DNA of 64,000 nt, taken from an uncultured Actinomycetes bacterium (lineage in GTDB: Bacteria; Actinomycetota; Acidimicrobiia; Acidimicrobiales; RAAP-2). The notes under the pieces are model-generated. The model was not told where the DNA came from. It searched no databases and saw nothing but the letters and a program-made list of their open reading frames with translations. Each line of letters starts with the position of its first letter. Within the stretch, counting starts at the first letter, position 1. The DNA lies in the NCBI GenBank assembly GCA_903847955.1, contig CAINFA010000153.1:2805-66804 (forward strand). Direction: 5' to 3'. Made by a program: the position numbers and the translations under genes. Of the stretch, positions 54,346-64,000 are shown one piece after another.

Positions 54346-55464
54346 TCAGCTGGTGAAGCGACCCCGCAGGGTGGTGGCTGAGCCCACGTTGATCACGAGG
54401 GCCACCGGCGCCCGTGCAGCGCTCGAACCCACCGCCACGCACCGTGTACGAGCTCCACAGCTCACCGCCAACAGCGAGATGCCGTGGGGTGCAGCCAGCA
54501 CTTGGTAGCGACCCTGGTTGCCCACGACCGCTGTGCTCGATTGGGCCGGAGCGAGGACCACCGCCTGGTTGAGGGCGCGCTGGGCCACCACGACGCAGCT
54601 CGAGCCCGAGCACGTCAGGTCACCAGCACTCGTCGCTGCACCAGGCCCGAGGGGCACGGTGTCGACGAGGGTGCCTGCCCCGCCGGTGATCGGGAGCTCC
54701 AGCACCTCGATGGCCGTGCCGGTCGAGGTCGAGCTGGTGCAGGTGGTGGTGCTCGGGCAGCTGACGCCGCCGAAGCTCGGCACGGTGGTGACCATTGGTC
54801 CAAGGACCCAGTGCACACCGCCATCGGTGGTGGCGAAGGTGGCTGTTCCCACCGCCAGGCACCTCTCGACGCTCGGGCAGTCGATGCGGTCGATCGCTGC
54901 GCCGTTGGGGACGACCTGGTCCACCCAGTGCATCCCGCCATCTTCGGTGGCCACCACCGAGGAGGCGACGGCGTCGCTCCTCGTGCCCACCGCCTCGCAC
55001 CGCGCCACCTCGGCGCAGCTAATTGCCACGAGCTCACTGAGCTGGGGTGGGGCCGTGATGCGCCGCCACTGGCGCCCGGCGTCTGTGGACTCAGCCACCA
55101 CGGCCCTCACCTTGGGCACGACGCCTCGGTAGCCCACGGCGATGCAGGTGCGCGGGGTCGGGCAGCTCAACCCGCCGAACTCGCCGGGGCCCGCCAGGCT
55201 TGGGGGAAGTGCCACGCGTCGCCACTGCTGACCATCGTCTCGGGAGACCACCACCGCCAAGCGGTAGCTAGCCAAGGTGCCGGCCCCACCCACGGCGATG
55301 CACGACGAACCATGGCACTGCACCGAAGCCAGCGCGCCGATCTGGGCGAAGTTGGACGTGGTACTCGGAGCACTGCTCGAGGAGCACGCCGCGAGGCTCA
55401 CCGCCGCCACGAGCACGCCGAACAGGGTCGTGGCGCTGCGGCGAAGGGAGCTGCCTACTCCCAC
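54346..55464 (-). CDS. Lipoprotein paralogue with 7 Cys-pair Asp-box propeller repeats
   Basis: Lipobox VSLAAC, then seven units: [83 protein letters not shown] and three more. GTG 55464 overlaps the guaA end by 10 nt. Confidence 0.7.
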   Translation of the reverse strand: MGVGSSLRRSATTLFGVLVAAVSLAACSSSSAPSTTSNFAQIGALASVQCHGSSCIAVGGAGTLASYRLAVVVSRDDGQQWRRVALPPSLAGPGEFGGLSCPTPRTCIAVGYRGVVPKVRAVVAESTDAGRQWRRITAPPQLSELVAISCAEVARCEAVGTRSDAVASSVVATEDGGMHWVDQVVPNGAAIDRIDCPSVERCLAVGTATFATTDGGVHWVLGPMVTTVPSFGGVSCPSTTTCTSSTSTGTAIEVLELPITGGAGTLVDTVPLGPGAATSAGDLTCSGSSCVVVAQRALNQAVVLAPAQSSTAVVGNQGRYQVLAAPHGISLLAVSCGARTRCVAVGSSAARAPVALVINVGSATTLRGRFTS

Positions 55465-57002
55465 TCGATGGTGCCCGGGGGCTTCGACGTCACGTCGAGC
55501 GCCACCCGGTTGACGCCGTCCACCTCGTTGATCAGACGCGTCGAGATCCGCTCGATCACGTCGTAGGGCAGCCTGGCCCAGTCGGCGGTCATCGCATCGT
55601 CAGAGGTGACAGCCCGGATGATGATGGGGTACGCGTAGGTCCGCCCATCGCCCATGACCCCAACGGTGCGCACTGCGGGCAGCACGGCGAAGCTCTGCCA
55701 GAGGTGTCGGTAGAGCCCGGCCCGGCGGATCTCATCGACCACCACCGCATCGGCGGCGGCCAAGATCTCCGCTCGCTCGCGGGTGACCTCACCGATGATG
55801 CGGACCCCAAGGCCCGGCCCCGGGAAGGGCTGGCGCCAGACGATTTCGGCGGGAAGGCCGAGCTCTTCACCCACCGCCCGCACCTCGTCTTTGAACAGCA
55901 GGCGCAGCGGCTCGACCAGGTCGAAGTCGAGATCCTCGGGGAGCCCGCCCACGTTGTGGTGGCTCTTGATGTTGGCGGCGTGGCCCGAACCGGACTCGAT
56001 CACATCGGGGTACAGCGTCCCTTGGACCAAGAACTTGGGTCCACCGTCACCCGAGCCGGCACCGAGGTCACGGGCGACCTCCTCGAAGATCCGGATGAAC
56101 AGCTCGCCGATGATCTTGCGCTTGGCCTCGGGCTCGGTCACCCCGGCCAAGGCGTCGAAGAAGCGATCTTGGGCCTTGACGTGGATGAGGTCGACCTGGA
56201 ACTGCTTGCGGAAGGTGGCGTCGACTTGGTCCCCCTCACCTTGGCGCATCAGACCCGTGTCAACGAACACGCAGGTCAACTGGTCACCGATGGCCTTGTG
56301 CACGAGGGCAGCGGCCACCGCCGAGTCCACGCCACCGCTCAGCGCGCACAGCACCTTGGCCGCGCCGACCTGAGCCTTGATGGCCTCAACCTGGGTCTCG
56401 ATGATCGAGGCGTGGGTCCAGGTGCCTCCCAGGTCGCACACGTGGTGCAAGAACCGCTCGAGCAAGTCCTGGCCGTGGACCGAGTGCGCCACCTCAGGAT
56501 GGAACTGGGTGCCGTAGATCTTGGCGTCGGGGTCTCCAAAGACGGCGATGGGCGCGTCGTCGGTCGAGGCCAAGGCCACCGCCCCGTCGAAGAGCCCGGT
56601 GATGGTGTCACCATGGCTCATCCACACCACCGACCGCTCGGGGAAGTCGGCGAGCAGGTCCACCGAGGTTGGCACCTCGAGCTCGGCCCGGCCGTAGCCA
56701 CCTCGGCCGGTGGCCTCCACCGTGCCACCCAGCTGGTGCACCAAGAGCTGGGCGCCGTAGCAGATCCCGAGGATCGGGATCCCAAGGGCGGTGATGCCCG
56801 GGTCGAGCCGTGGCGCGCCCTCGCCGTAGACCGAACTCGGGCCGCCGGACAAGATGATGCCCTTAGGCGCTTTCGCCGCCACCTCGGCAGCGGTGATGTC
56901 GTGGCGGACGATCTCGGAGTACACCCGAGCTTCGCGGACTCGTCGAGCGATCAGCTGCGCGTACTGCGCCCCGTAGTCAACGACGAGGACGACGTCGGTC
57001 AA
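55455..57002 (-). CDS. guaA: GMP synthase (glutamine-hydrolysing)
   Basis: [35 protein letters not shown] (PP-loop), GLPE...[15 protein letters not shown], and the C-terminal [12 protein letters not shown] start overlapping the upstream TGA (TTGA). Confidence 0.95.
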   Translation of the reverse strand: MTDVVLVVDYGAQYAQLIARRVREARVYSEIVRHDITAAEVAAKAPKGIILSGGPSSVYGEGAPRLDPGITALGIPILGICYGAQLLVHQLGGTVEATGRGGYGRAELEVPTSVDLLADFPERSVVWMSHGDTITGLFDGAVALASTDDAPIAVFGDPDAKIYGTQFHPEVAHSVHGQDLLERFLHHVCDLGGTWTHASIIETQVEAIKAQVGAAKVLCALSGGVDSAVAAALVHKAIGDQLTCVFVDTGLMRQGEGDQVDATFRKQFQVDLIHVKAQDRFFDALAGVTEPEAKRKIIGELFIRIFEEVARDLGAGSGDGGPKFLVQGTLYPDVIESGSGHAANIKSHHNVGGLPEDLDFDLVEPLRLLFKDEVRAVGEELGLPAEIVWRQPFPGPGLGVRIIGEVTRERAEILAAADAVVVDEIRRAGLYRHLWQSFAVLPAVRTVGVMGDGRTYAYPIIIRAVTSDDAMTADWARLPYDVIERISTRLINEVDGVNRVALDVTSKPPGTIEWE

Positions 57003-58165
57003 TGACCCATCCCCACGCCCTGGGACCGCTGGAGCTGCTTGCCTTCGGTCTGCAGTGCGGGCGCAACCATGACCTCTGCCTTCTGGAACTCCTTGACGGT
57101 CTCGTAGCCGCAGGTGGCCATCGAGGTCCGAAGGGCACCCATCAGGTTCATCCGGCCGTCGTTCTCATGTGCGGGGCCGAGCAGGATCTCCTCGAGCGAG
57201 CCACGCACCTGGGTCCGCACCCGGGCGCCGCGGGGCAAGGTGGGGTGGAAGGTCGCCATGCCCCAGTGGAAGCCGCGCGCAGGTGCCTCGAAGGCCGAGG
57301 TGAGCGGAGAACCGATCATGACTGCGTCCGCGCCACACGCAATGGCCTTGGCGATGTCGCCACCCTTGGACATCCCGCCATCGGCGATCACGTGGCAGTA
57401 GACGCCGGTCTCGTCGAGGTGGCGCATCCGAGCGCCTGCAACGTCGGCAATGGCGGTTGCCTGGGGCACGCCGATGCCGAGCACGCCTCGGGTGGTGCAG
57501 GCATTGCCTGGCCCCACACCCACGAGCACGCCCGCAGCGCCGGTGCGCATCAGGTGGAGGCCCGCTTGGTAGGAGGCACAGCCACCGACGATGGTCGGGA
57601 TCTCGAACTCACGGATGAAGCGCTTGAGGTTGAGCGGCTCCACCGTCTTCGACACGTGCTCAGCGGAGACGACGGTGCCTTGGATCACGAGCAGGTCGAG
57701 CCCGGCATCTTTGATGGCCTGGGCCATGAACGCGGTCCGCTGTGGGGTGACCGATGCCGACGAGACGACACCTTCGGCCTTGATCTGACGGATGCGCTCG
57801 GCCACCAACTCGAGCTTGATCGGCTCGGCGTACATCTGCTGCATGCGGGCGGTGGCCTTATCGTCGTCGAGCTCTTGGATCTCGTCGAACAGCGGCATGG
57901 GGTCCTCGTAGCGAGTCCACAGACCTTCGAGGTTCAGCACGCCGACGCCGCCCAGCTTGCCCAGCGCAATGGCGGTGGCGGGCGAGACGACGCCGTCCAT
58001 GGCCGATGCCATCAGTGGCAACTCGAACTTGTAGGCGTCGATCTGCCACGAGATGTCGACGTCCTCAGGGTCACGAGTCCGCCTCGAAGGGACGATCGCA
58101 ATGTCGTCGAAGCCGTAGGCTTTGCGCCCCGACTTGAAGATTCCAATCTCGACCTCTGATGCCAC
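56999..58165 (-). CDS. guaB3: GuaB3-type IMP dehydrogenase family protein (no CBS pair)
   Basis: [58 protein letters not shown]...[18 protein letters not shown]. At about 388 aa with no CBS insertion it fits the GuaB3-like subgroup rather than catalytic GuaB. Confidence 0.8.
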   Translation of the reverse strand: MASEVEIGIFKSGRKAYGFDDIAIVPSRRTRDPEDVDISWQIDAYKFELPLMASAMDGVVSPATAIALGKLGGVGVLNLEGLWTRYEDPMPLFDEIQELDDDKATARMQQMYAEPIKLELVAERIRQIKAEGVVSSASVTPQRTAFMAQAIKDAGLDLLVIQGTVVSAEHVSKTVEPLNLKRFIREFEIPTIVGGCASYQAGLHLMRTGAAGVLVGVGPGNACTTRGVLGIGVPQATAIADVAGARMRHLDETGVYCHVIADGGMSKGGDIAKAIACGADAVMIGSPLTSAFEAPARGFHWGMATFHPTLPRGARVRTQVRGSLEEILLGPAHENDGRMNLMGALRTSMATCGYETVKEFQKAEVMVAPALQTEGKQLQRSQGVGMGH

Positions 58166-58272
58166 GGTGCCCTCCGCTCGGCTCCTACGTCGGGCCGGCT
58201 CCGACGTTGCTCCAATCTACCCGGGCACGGGCGTTGGGTCTTCCTGCCCTGCTCGCATGCCAGAGCCCCTGC

Positions 58273-58953
58273 TCAGGCCCCAAGCGCCCGAGCAGCGTTG
58301 CAGCGATCATCGAAGAAGGCCACGATCCGAGCGGTGTCACCGAGGTCGGCCCACGATGCACAGGCGCCGTAGCTGCGGTTGAAGCGGCCCTCTGCCGCCC
58401 CAATGGGGGGAGGGGCGTGGGGGCCGACGTACAGGTAGGGCCCGTCTTCGCTGGCGTCGCCGAAGCAGCCGCCGATGTTGATCGCCCGGTCGACGCTCGC
58501 GAGGTCGAAGTGCTCAGGCCACAGCACGGGGGCGGAGATCTCCTCGTACCCCTCGATGCGGCCGAGCTGCTCGATGGCGTCAGCCACCTGGCCGTAGAAG
58601 CCAAGGGCGGCGCTGAGCTGCGCGGGGTCGAGGTCGATGGGCGTCGAGAGGTCACCTGGCCAAGTCAGGTGGTAGATCCCGTGGTTGGCGCCGCCCATGC
58701 GACCCGTGGCCTTGACGAGGTCCCCGAGGGTGGTGCCCTGCAGAGCCAGCACCTCTGCGTGGCTCCCCTCGAGCACGAGGCCATCTCGGGTGATGGCCAC
58801 CGAGGAGCCGTCACCGAGGTCGCCGGTCGAGATCGCCTGATGGTCGGCGAAGAGCCCGATGCGACCACAACGGTCGTGACGGAGCGGTGCCAGCAGGTGC
58901 TCGCAGAGCAGGTGGAGCTGGGCAGCGGTGGGGTCAACAGCAGCAGGAGCCAT
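58273..58953 (-). CDS. Hypothetical protein (226 aa)
   Basis: Good G/C3 bias from ATG 58953. It contains VLWPEHFDLA and YLYVGPH blocks that I cannot place confidently. The track ORF to 59418 is over-extended, because its upstream part overlaps the divergent gene. Confidence 0.5.
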   Translation of the reverse strand: MAPAAVDPTAAQLHLLCEHLLAPLRHDRCGRIGLFADHQAISTGDLGDGSSVAITRDGLVLEGSHAEVLALQGTTLGDLVKATGRMGGANHGIYHLTWPGDLSTPIDLDPAQLSAALGFYGQVADAIEQLGRIEGYEEISAPVLWPEHFDLASVDRAINIGGCFGDASEDGPYLYVGPHAPPPIGAAEGRFNRSYGACASWADLGDTARIVAFFDDRCNAARALGA

Positions 58954-59010
58954 GCCTGACGGTACCCCGAGAGCACCGGGGTCCGGGGGTGGTTCTGGAA
59001 GAATGGCGCC

Positions 59011-60651
59011 ATGCGCACCAACCTCGAGGCCACCGGCGTCCGTCCCCACCGCCTCCTCGAGGCGACGGCGATCCCTCACGGACAGCCCGTCGGCGCCCAG
59101 GTGGATGGCGTTGAGCTCGTGATCTGCCGCAACGGTGATGGCTTCAGCGTGCTGTACGGCCGGTGCCTCCACCGTGGCGCGCTGTTGGCCGACGGGGTCA
59201 TTGACGGCGAGAACCTGCTGTGTGGCCTGCACGGTTGGGACTACCGCATCGCCACCGGCATCTCTGCCTACGACCCGAGCCAGCGCCTGCAGTCCTTCGA
59301 CTGCTGGCTGAAGGACGGCGACCTGTACGTCGACGGGGCCCAGGTGGCGCGCTTCGCCGCCGCCAATCCCCAAGGGTACGACGACGAGGCGTACCAAGGC
59401 CGCTACGACGAACTGCACAGCTCACCTGCGGAGCCCTACACGAAGCAGATCGCCCAGCTGGCTCGAGACGGACTCTCAACGACCGGCCACGATGGGCCCA
59501 TCGCGGCCATGGGCGTGGACCGCGCCCAGCTGCCGAGCTGGGACCACCTGCAGTTCGCCACCGCCCAGCTGGCCCGATTCCCCCTGCTCGGCTCTGAGCC
59601 GGTCGACACGAGCGTGGTCATCGGGCCCGGCGCGGCGCGGCCGCTCCGGCTCGAGATTCCGATCTTCGTGAGCGACATGAGCTTCGGTGCCCTGAGCGAA
59701 GAAGCCAAGGTGGCCTTGGCCCGTGGAGCCGAGTCCGCCGGCACGGCCATCTGCTCGGGCGAGGGTGGGATGCTCCCCGAGGAGCAGGCCGAGTCCTCCC
59801 GCTACCTCTACGAGCTGGCCTCTGGCCGCTTCGGATGGAGCTGGGACCTGCTCGACAAGGCCCAAGGGTTCCACCTCAAGTTCGGCCAAGGAGCCAAGAC
59901 GGGCACTGGTGGGCACCTGCCGGGCACCAAGGTGGTCGGCCGCATTGCCGAGGTCCGTCACCTCGAGCCCGGGACCCCAGCGATCTCCCCAGCCCGGTTC
60001 GAAGACTGGACCAGCCTCGGGCAGATCCGAGACTTCCTCGACGAGGCTCGAGCACGATCAGGTGGGATCCCCATTGGGGTCAAGATGAGCGCCCAGCACG
60101 TCGAGCGTGACCTCGATGCCGCCGTCGAGCTCGGGGTTGACTACGTCATCTTGGACGGCCGTGGTGGGGCCACCGGGGCCGCCCCGACCATCTTGCGGGA
60201 CAACATCTCGGTGCCAACCATGGCGGCGTTGGCCCGGGCTCGGCGGCACCTCGACCACCTCGGTCGTCACGACATCACCTTGGTGGCCACCGGCGGACTG
60301 CGGACCGCTGCGGACTTCGCCAAGGCCATGGCGCTCGGTGCAGATGCGGTGGCGGTGGCCAACAGCGCGCTGCAGGCGATTGGCTGCATTGGGATGCGAG
60401 CCTGCCAAACCGACAACTGCCCCAAGGGCATCGCCACCCAGAAGCCCCACCTCCGAGCCCGGCTGCCCGTGGCTGAAGCCGCCGAACGCCTCGGCCGGTT
60501 CCTCACCGCCTCGACCGAACTCATGACGGTGCTGGCGAGAGCCTGTGGCCACCGCTCCCTCTCGGGATTCTGCCTCGACGACTTGACCACCTTCGACCGC
60601 GACGCCGCCCACCTCACCGGCGTCGCCTACGGCGGCGTCCACCTCGACTGA
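59011..60651 (+). CDS. Rieske [2Fe-2S] domain fused to glutamate-synthase-like FMN domain (GltB domain-2 family)
   Basis: Rieske CLHRGALL...CGLHGWDY at the N-terminus. Then FVSDMSFGALSEEAKVALARGAESAGTAICSGEGG, GQGAKTGTGGHLPG, ILDGRGGATGAAP and ATGGLRTAADFAKAMALGADAV. Confidence 0.8.
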   Translation: MRTNLEATGVRPHRLLEATAIPHGQPVGAQVDGVELVICRNGDGFSVLYGRCLHRGALLADGVIDGENLLCGLHGWDYRIATGISAYDPSQRLQSFDCWLKDGDLYVDGAQVARFAAANPQGYDDEAYQGRYDELHSSPAEPYTKQIAQLARDGLSTTGHDGPIAAMGVDRAQLPSWDHLQFATAQLARFPLLGSEPVDTSVVIGPGAARPLRLEIPIFVSDMSFGALSEEAKVALARGAESAGTAICSGEGGMLPEEQAESSRYLYELASGRFGWSWDLLDKAQGFHLKFGQGAKTGTGGHLPGTKVVGRIAEVRHLEPGTPAISPARFEDWTSLGQIRDFLDEARARSGGIPIGVKMSAQHVERDLDAAVELGVDYVILDGRGGATGAAPTILRDNISVPTMAALARARRHLDHLGRHDITLVATGGLRTAADFAKAMALGADAVAVANSALQAIGCIGMRACQTDNCPKGIATQKPHLRARLPVAEAAERLGRFLTASTELMTVLARACGHRSLSGFCLDDLTTFDRDAAHLTGVAYGGVHLD

Positions 60652-60685
60652 GCTCCATCGCCGCCGATTGGGCAGCTGGGTCTGC

Positions 60686-62152
60686 TCAGGTGGCCTCGGT
60701 GGGTGCTCCAGCAGCGAACCGTTCGGCGCAGCCCGTTGAGCAGAAGTAGAACCGTACTCCTGCGCGATCCACCGACGGGGTGTGCTCGCCCGGGGTGACC
60801 TCCATCGAGCAGATGGGGTCCACCACCCGCTCCTGACCCTCGGTGGGCGCGGCGCTCTGCGGCGCGTGCAGCTCGACGCGGTAGCGCTCCGGATCAGCGG
60901 CGAAGCGGTCATGGCAGCCCGGTGAGCAGAAGACGTAGGTTCGGCCACGGTGGTTGGCTCGAGCTGGGGCGTCTGCGATGCGGACCACCATCGAGCACAC
61001 GGGGTCTCGGCCGTACCCTTCGCCAGCACCCCAGGCCTCGCGGTGGTGGTAGAGCCAGAGCACGAGGCCAGCGAGCCCGAGCGCAATCAGGTTGAGGTAG
61101 GTGGTGAGGTCCCAGTGGATCCCCGCCGAGGTGGTGGTCAGGTGATGCCGGGGCGGAACGATGCCCAAGGCCCAGAAGGTCGCCTCGGTCACCAACGCCG
61201 CGAGCACCGCCGCAGCGAACAGCACGACGACGATGCGCATCGCCATCTTGCCCCCGTAGTAGCGCCGGTAGATCAAGATCAGCGGGAAGGTGATCAGGTC
61301 GGAGAACAAGAAGGCCAGCACGCCACCAAAGGAGATCCCTCCGCTCCACAGTGCAGCGGCGAGGGGGACGTTGCCGATGGAGCAGACGAAGCTGACCACG
61401 GCCAAGAGCGGACCAACCACCACGTTCTCGAGCGTGGTCCAGACACCATGGCCATGGAGGAACAGCGCACCCCAGAGGTGGTCGGGCACCGCCACCACCA
61501 GCACCCCGGCGACGCCGTAGCCGATGAGCAGTTCTCGGCGGACCATGGTGAGGTCACCCACGGTGAAGGTGGCGGCGTCTGCCCACGCTGCCTTGTCGCC
61601 GAGCCGAGCCCGCCACCGTCCCCGGGGGGCCCCGTCGCCCTCGAAGACCTCCGCACCGTGCTCGCTCGAAGGAGTGCTGGCCACCTCTCCCCCAACGAGC
61701 GTCTTCCCCCGCCAGAACAAGCCACCGAGCACCGTCACCACGATGACCATGACCACGCCGCCGAACAGTTGGGCGGCGGCGAACTCCCAGCCCATGAGGA
61801 CGACGAGCACCACACCCAGCTCAACCACGAGGTTGGTGGAGGCCGTCAAGAAGACCAGCGCCGAGACGACGTCAGCGCCCTTCAAGATGAGCGACCTCGA
61901 CATCGCTGCCGCCGCGTACGAGCACGATGAGGACGCCATGCCGAAGACCGCTCCCCGGGCGACGGCGGCCGGTCGGTGGTCACCGAGCCGCCGTTGCATC
62001 GCCTCGCGTCCCACGAAGGCTTGGACCACCCCCGAGAGCCAGAAGCCCACGATGAGCGGCCACAGCGTCTCCCAGAACATCGACACGCTGGCCCCGAGCA
62101 TCTGGAGCACGAGGTGGACAGCGTGCGGGAGCACGCCGATCACGTCGCCCAC
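60686..62152 (-). CDS. Permease (UPF0718/ArsP-like) with two C-terminal YHS/TRASH metal-binding domains
   Basis: About 370 aa of polytopic permease, then DPVCSMVVRIADAPARANHRGRTYVFCSPGCHDRFAADPERY and DPICSMEVTPGEHTPSVDRAGVRFYFCSTGCAERFAAG. Confidence 0.75.
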   Translation of the reverse strand: MGDVIGVLPHAVHLVLQMLGASVSMFWETLWPLIVGFWLSGVVQAFVGREAMQRRLGDHRPAAVARGAVFGMASSSCSYAAAAMSRSLILKGADVVSALVFLTASTNLVVELGVVLVVLMGWEFAAAQLFGGVVMVIVVTVLGGLFWRGKTLVGGEVASTPSSEHGAEVFEGDGAPRGRWRARLGDKAAWADAATFTVGDLTMVRRELLIGYGVAGVLVVAVPDHLWGALFLHGHGVWTTLENVVVGPLLAVVSFVCSIGNVPLAAALWSGGISFGGVLAFLFSDLITFPLILIYRRYYGGKMAMRIVVVLFAAAVLAALVTEATFWALGIVPPRHHLTTTSAGIHWDLTTYLNLIALGLAGLVLWLYHHREAWGAGEGYGRDPVCSMVVRIADAPARANHRGRTYVFCSPGCHDRFAADPERYRVELHAPQSAAPTEGQERVVDPICSMEVTPGEHTPSVDRAGVRFYFCSTGCAERFAAGAPTEAT

Positions 62153-62254
62153 CTCGCCAACCCAGCTGGCGGGCGCAGCACCGCAGCCTCCTCAGCTCCT
62201 CCACCCAAGCGGGTGGAGCGGGGTTGGTGGACGGCGGCGCGCACGAGGTGTCGC

Positions 62255-63079
62255 TCAGCCCACCGCAACGCGCAGGAGGTCCTCGCCGACGATGACCCCA
62301 CCGCTGAAGTGCTCGGCCACCTCGGCGATCCACTCGCCTTCGGTCCCTGGAGCCGGGGCTGGGACGAGGTGGGTCAGCACGAGGGTGCCGACCTGTCCCT
62401 TGGCCGCTGTCTGGCCGGCCTGGGCGAGGTCGCTGTGGTAGTCCAAGACGTCGTGGAAGCGTGGCATCGGGATCGCCTCGACCAGGCTCCTCCGCACCAC
62501 GGTCTGGACGTAGCAGGCCGCACCAGCGACGAGCTGGTCGAGCCCCGCACAGGGCACGGTGTCGCCGGCGATGACCGCCGACGTCCCCTCCGCCTCGAAC
62601 CGGTAGCCCAAGGTGGGGTGCACCGGGGCGTGGTCGGTGGCCTCGGAGCGAATCGTCATCGCACCGAGCTCGACCACTTGGCCGGCGCTGAGCTCGACGA
62701 CCTCAACCGGAGGCTGCCAGGTGAGGTCGTCGTGGTGGGCCAGACGGTAGGAGATGTCGGGGGCGAAGGCCTCCAAGGTCGAGCGCACCACCTGGGCAGT
62801 GCCAACCGGCCCATAGAGCTTGAGGGGGTGCTCGACGGGACTCATCGCCCACCGGGTGGTGATGAGGTCGTTGAGGTCGGTCACGTGGTCCGAGTGCAGG
62901 TGGGTGAGGAGCACCGCGTCGAGCATCCCGGGGAACAGGCCCGCCGCGGCCAGTCGCATGACCACGCCACGGCCGGCATCGACGAGGACCCGCTGGCCAC
63001 CTCCGAGCACCAAGGTGGCCGGCCCGGCACGGCCTGGATCAGGGATGGGACTCCCGGTCCCCAGTAGCACGATCTCCAC
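62255..63079 (-). CDS. MBL-fold metallo-hydrolase (RNase Z/BN-like)
   Basis: VEIVLLGTGSPIPDPGRAGPATLV, VLVDAGRG, LLTHLHSDHVTDL, LVLTHL. GTG 63079 has GGGAGGG 7 nt upstream. Confidence 0.8.
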   Translation of the reverse strand: MEIVLLGTGSPIPDPGRAGPATLVLGGGQRVLVDAGRGVVMRLAAAGLFPGMLDAVLLTHLHSDHVTDLNDLITTRWAMSPVEHPLKLYGPVGTAQVVRSTLEAFAPDISYRLAHHDDLTWQPPVEVVELSAGQVVELGAMTIRSEATDHAPVHPTLGYRFEAEGTSAVIAGDTVPCAGLDQLVAGAACYVQTVVRRSLVEAIPMPRFHDVLDYHSDLAQAGQTAAKGQVGTLVLTHLVPAPAPGTEGEWIAEVAEHFSGGVIVGEDLLRVAVG

Positions 63080-63115
63080 GATGGCCCTCCCTCGACAGAG
63101 GCTCAACCTAGCGGC

Positions 63116-63886
63116 TCACCCACTCGGCGGCGCGAGCTGCTGGGTGCGGGCGATCAGCTCTACCAGCATCCGACCCGTGGCACCCCAAATGGTCTCACCG
63201 TGGAGGTCGAAGAAGAAGAGCGGGAAGCTCCCGTCCGCGGCCACCGCTGGCCGGTCGGGCCGCCACCAGCGCTCTTCGTGGAAGACGCCGGGCGCGAGGA
63301 GGTCGTCGAGGGCAACGTCGAAGATCCGATCGACCTCAGCTTCATTGGGAACCAGCGCAGGGCGGGTAGCGCTGATCGCGACGAGCGGCTCGATGCTCGA
63401 GCCCGAGGCCACCGTCACGAGCGGCTGGAGCCAACCGACGACCTCGACGCTGCTCGGATCGAGGCCAACCTCCTCGGCCGCCTCCCGAAGGGCAGCGGCT
63501 TCGGCGTCTTCCCCCTCGTCGAGACGGCCGCCGGGGAAGGCCACCTCACCTCGATGCTGGCGCAGACGAGCTGAACGCCGAGTCAGCACGACCCGGGCCG
63601 GCCCACCCTCGACGTCGGCGAACAAGAGGCAGAGCACCGCCGCCCTCGAGGTGATTGCCGTGTCGCCGATGGCATCGAGCACGGGGTTGGTGCTCCGAGC
63701 GCGGTCGACGAGGTCTGCTGGGGCGGCGCCGAGTTGGTGGGCGGCCTCGAGTCCCTCGAGCACCGCTGCGATGGTCATGGGGACGAGGTGGTGGTCCTCG
63801 GCCTCCCAAGCTGGTTGCCCACCCAGCCCCCAGGTTGCAGGGCGAGGAATGTGCTGGTTGCCAGCAGCGGGGGGTGGCGTGGGCAT
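63116..63886 (-). CDS. NUDIX hydrolase, CoA pyrophosphatase-like
   Basis: VVLTRRSARLRQHRGEVAFPGGRLDEGEDAEAAALREAAEEVGL combines the Nudix box with the upstream LTxR[SA]..L..H.G...FPGG motif of CoA pyrophosphatases. I prefer ATG 63886 (GAGGCGGA upstream); the track start is 63964. Confidence 0.75.
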   Translation of the reverse strand: MPTPPPAAGNQHIPRPATWGLGGQPAWEAEDHHLVPMTIAAVLEGLEAAHQLGAAPADLVDRARSTNPVLDAIGDTAITSRAAVLCLLFADVEGGPARVVLTRRSARLRQHRGEVAFPGGRLDEGEDAEAAALREAAEEVGLDPSSVEVVGWLQPLVTVASGSSIEPLVAISATRPALVPNEAEVDRIFDVALDDLLAPGVFHEERWWRPDRPAVAADGSFPLFFFDLHGETIWGATGRMLVELIARTQQLAPPSG

Positions 63887-64000
63887 CAGGTCCGCCTCAG
63901 GGAGTGGGTGGTCGAATCGAGGAACGACGATGCCGGGCCCCAAGGGCCCGGCAACGTTGCACAACGTGGGTACCGCAGGGCTACATCATCCCGCCCATGC

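Noticed and set aside
58187-58207. 7-bp hairpin ACGTCGG-GCCGGCT-CCGACGT between the hypothetical gene and guaB3, and the 8-bp hairpin at 62199..62218
   Set aside because: These are plausible weak terminators, but they are short, lack U tracts and are unsupported by other evidence. I noted them and did not annotate them.
63981-64000. Possible 3' end of a minus-strand chaperonin gene (reverse translation ...MGGMM-stop)
   Set aside because: A Gly-Met tail is characteristic of GroEL. Only about 17 nt are inside the window, which is far too little to call a feature.

Overview
High-G+C, densely coding chromosomal segment with actinobacterial hallmarks: two WhiB genes, DprE1/DprE2, UPF0182, a GuaB3-type IMPDH paralogue and an Eis-like GNAT. 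I call about 55 protein genes and one initiator tRNA. I saw no rRNA, CRISPR array, transposase, integrase or prophage signal. Most of the window is core metabolism: sdhCAB, mdh, icd, sucCD, purN-purH, folD, metF, guaA plus a guaB3-like gene, PPK2, PcrA/UvrD, and a compact ubiA-dprE1-dprE2 decaprenyl-phospho-arabinose operon. Many long ORFs in the six-frame track are antisense shadow ORFs typical of high-G+C DNA, and several real genes start well inside their listed ORF. The less ordinary content, in my order of interest, is as follows. (1) A sensor histidine kinase whose N-terminal half looks like a 12-TM APC-type amino-acid permease, translationally coupled to an OmpR-type regulator. (2) A secreted/lipoprotein pair built from 14 and 7 Asp-box propeller repeats, each repeat carrying one conserved Cys-x(4-6)-Cys pair. 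(3) A ChlI-like AAA+ ATPase plus a large acidic VWA protein, lying just upstream of the whiB2-like gene and within 1.5 kb of a second WhiB gene. (4) A DivIVA-domain coiled-coil protein ending in a phage Mu F-like HPxCRC module, in a neighbourhood with an orphan mreB. (5) Tandem paralogues with a PAS-like domain and a degenerate GGDEF-like domain. (6) A heterodimeric ABC exporter whose first nucleotide-binding domain has lost Walker A, the Walker B Asp and the H-loop His. I cannot show that any of these is truly undescribed without database searches. All functional calls rest on motif recognition in the supplied translations.
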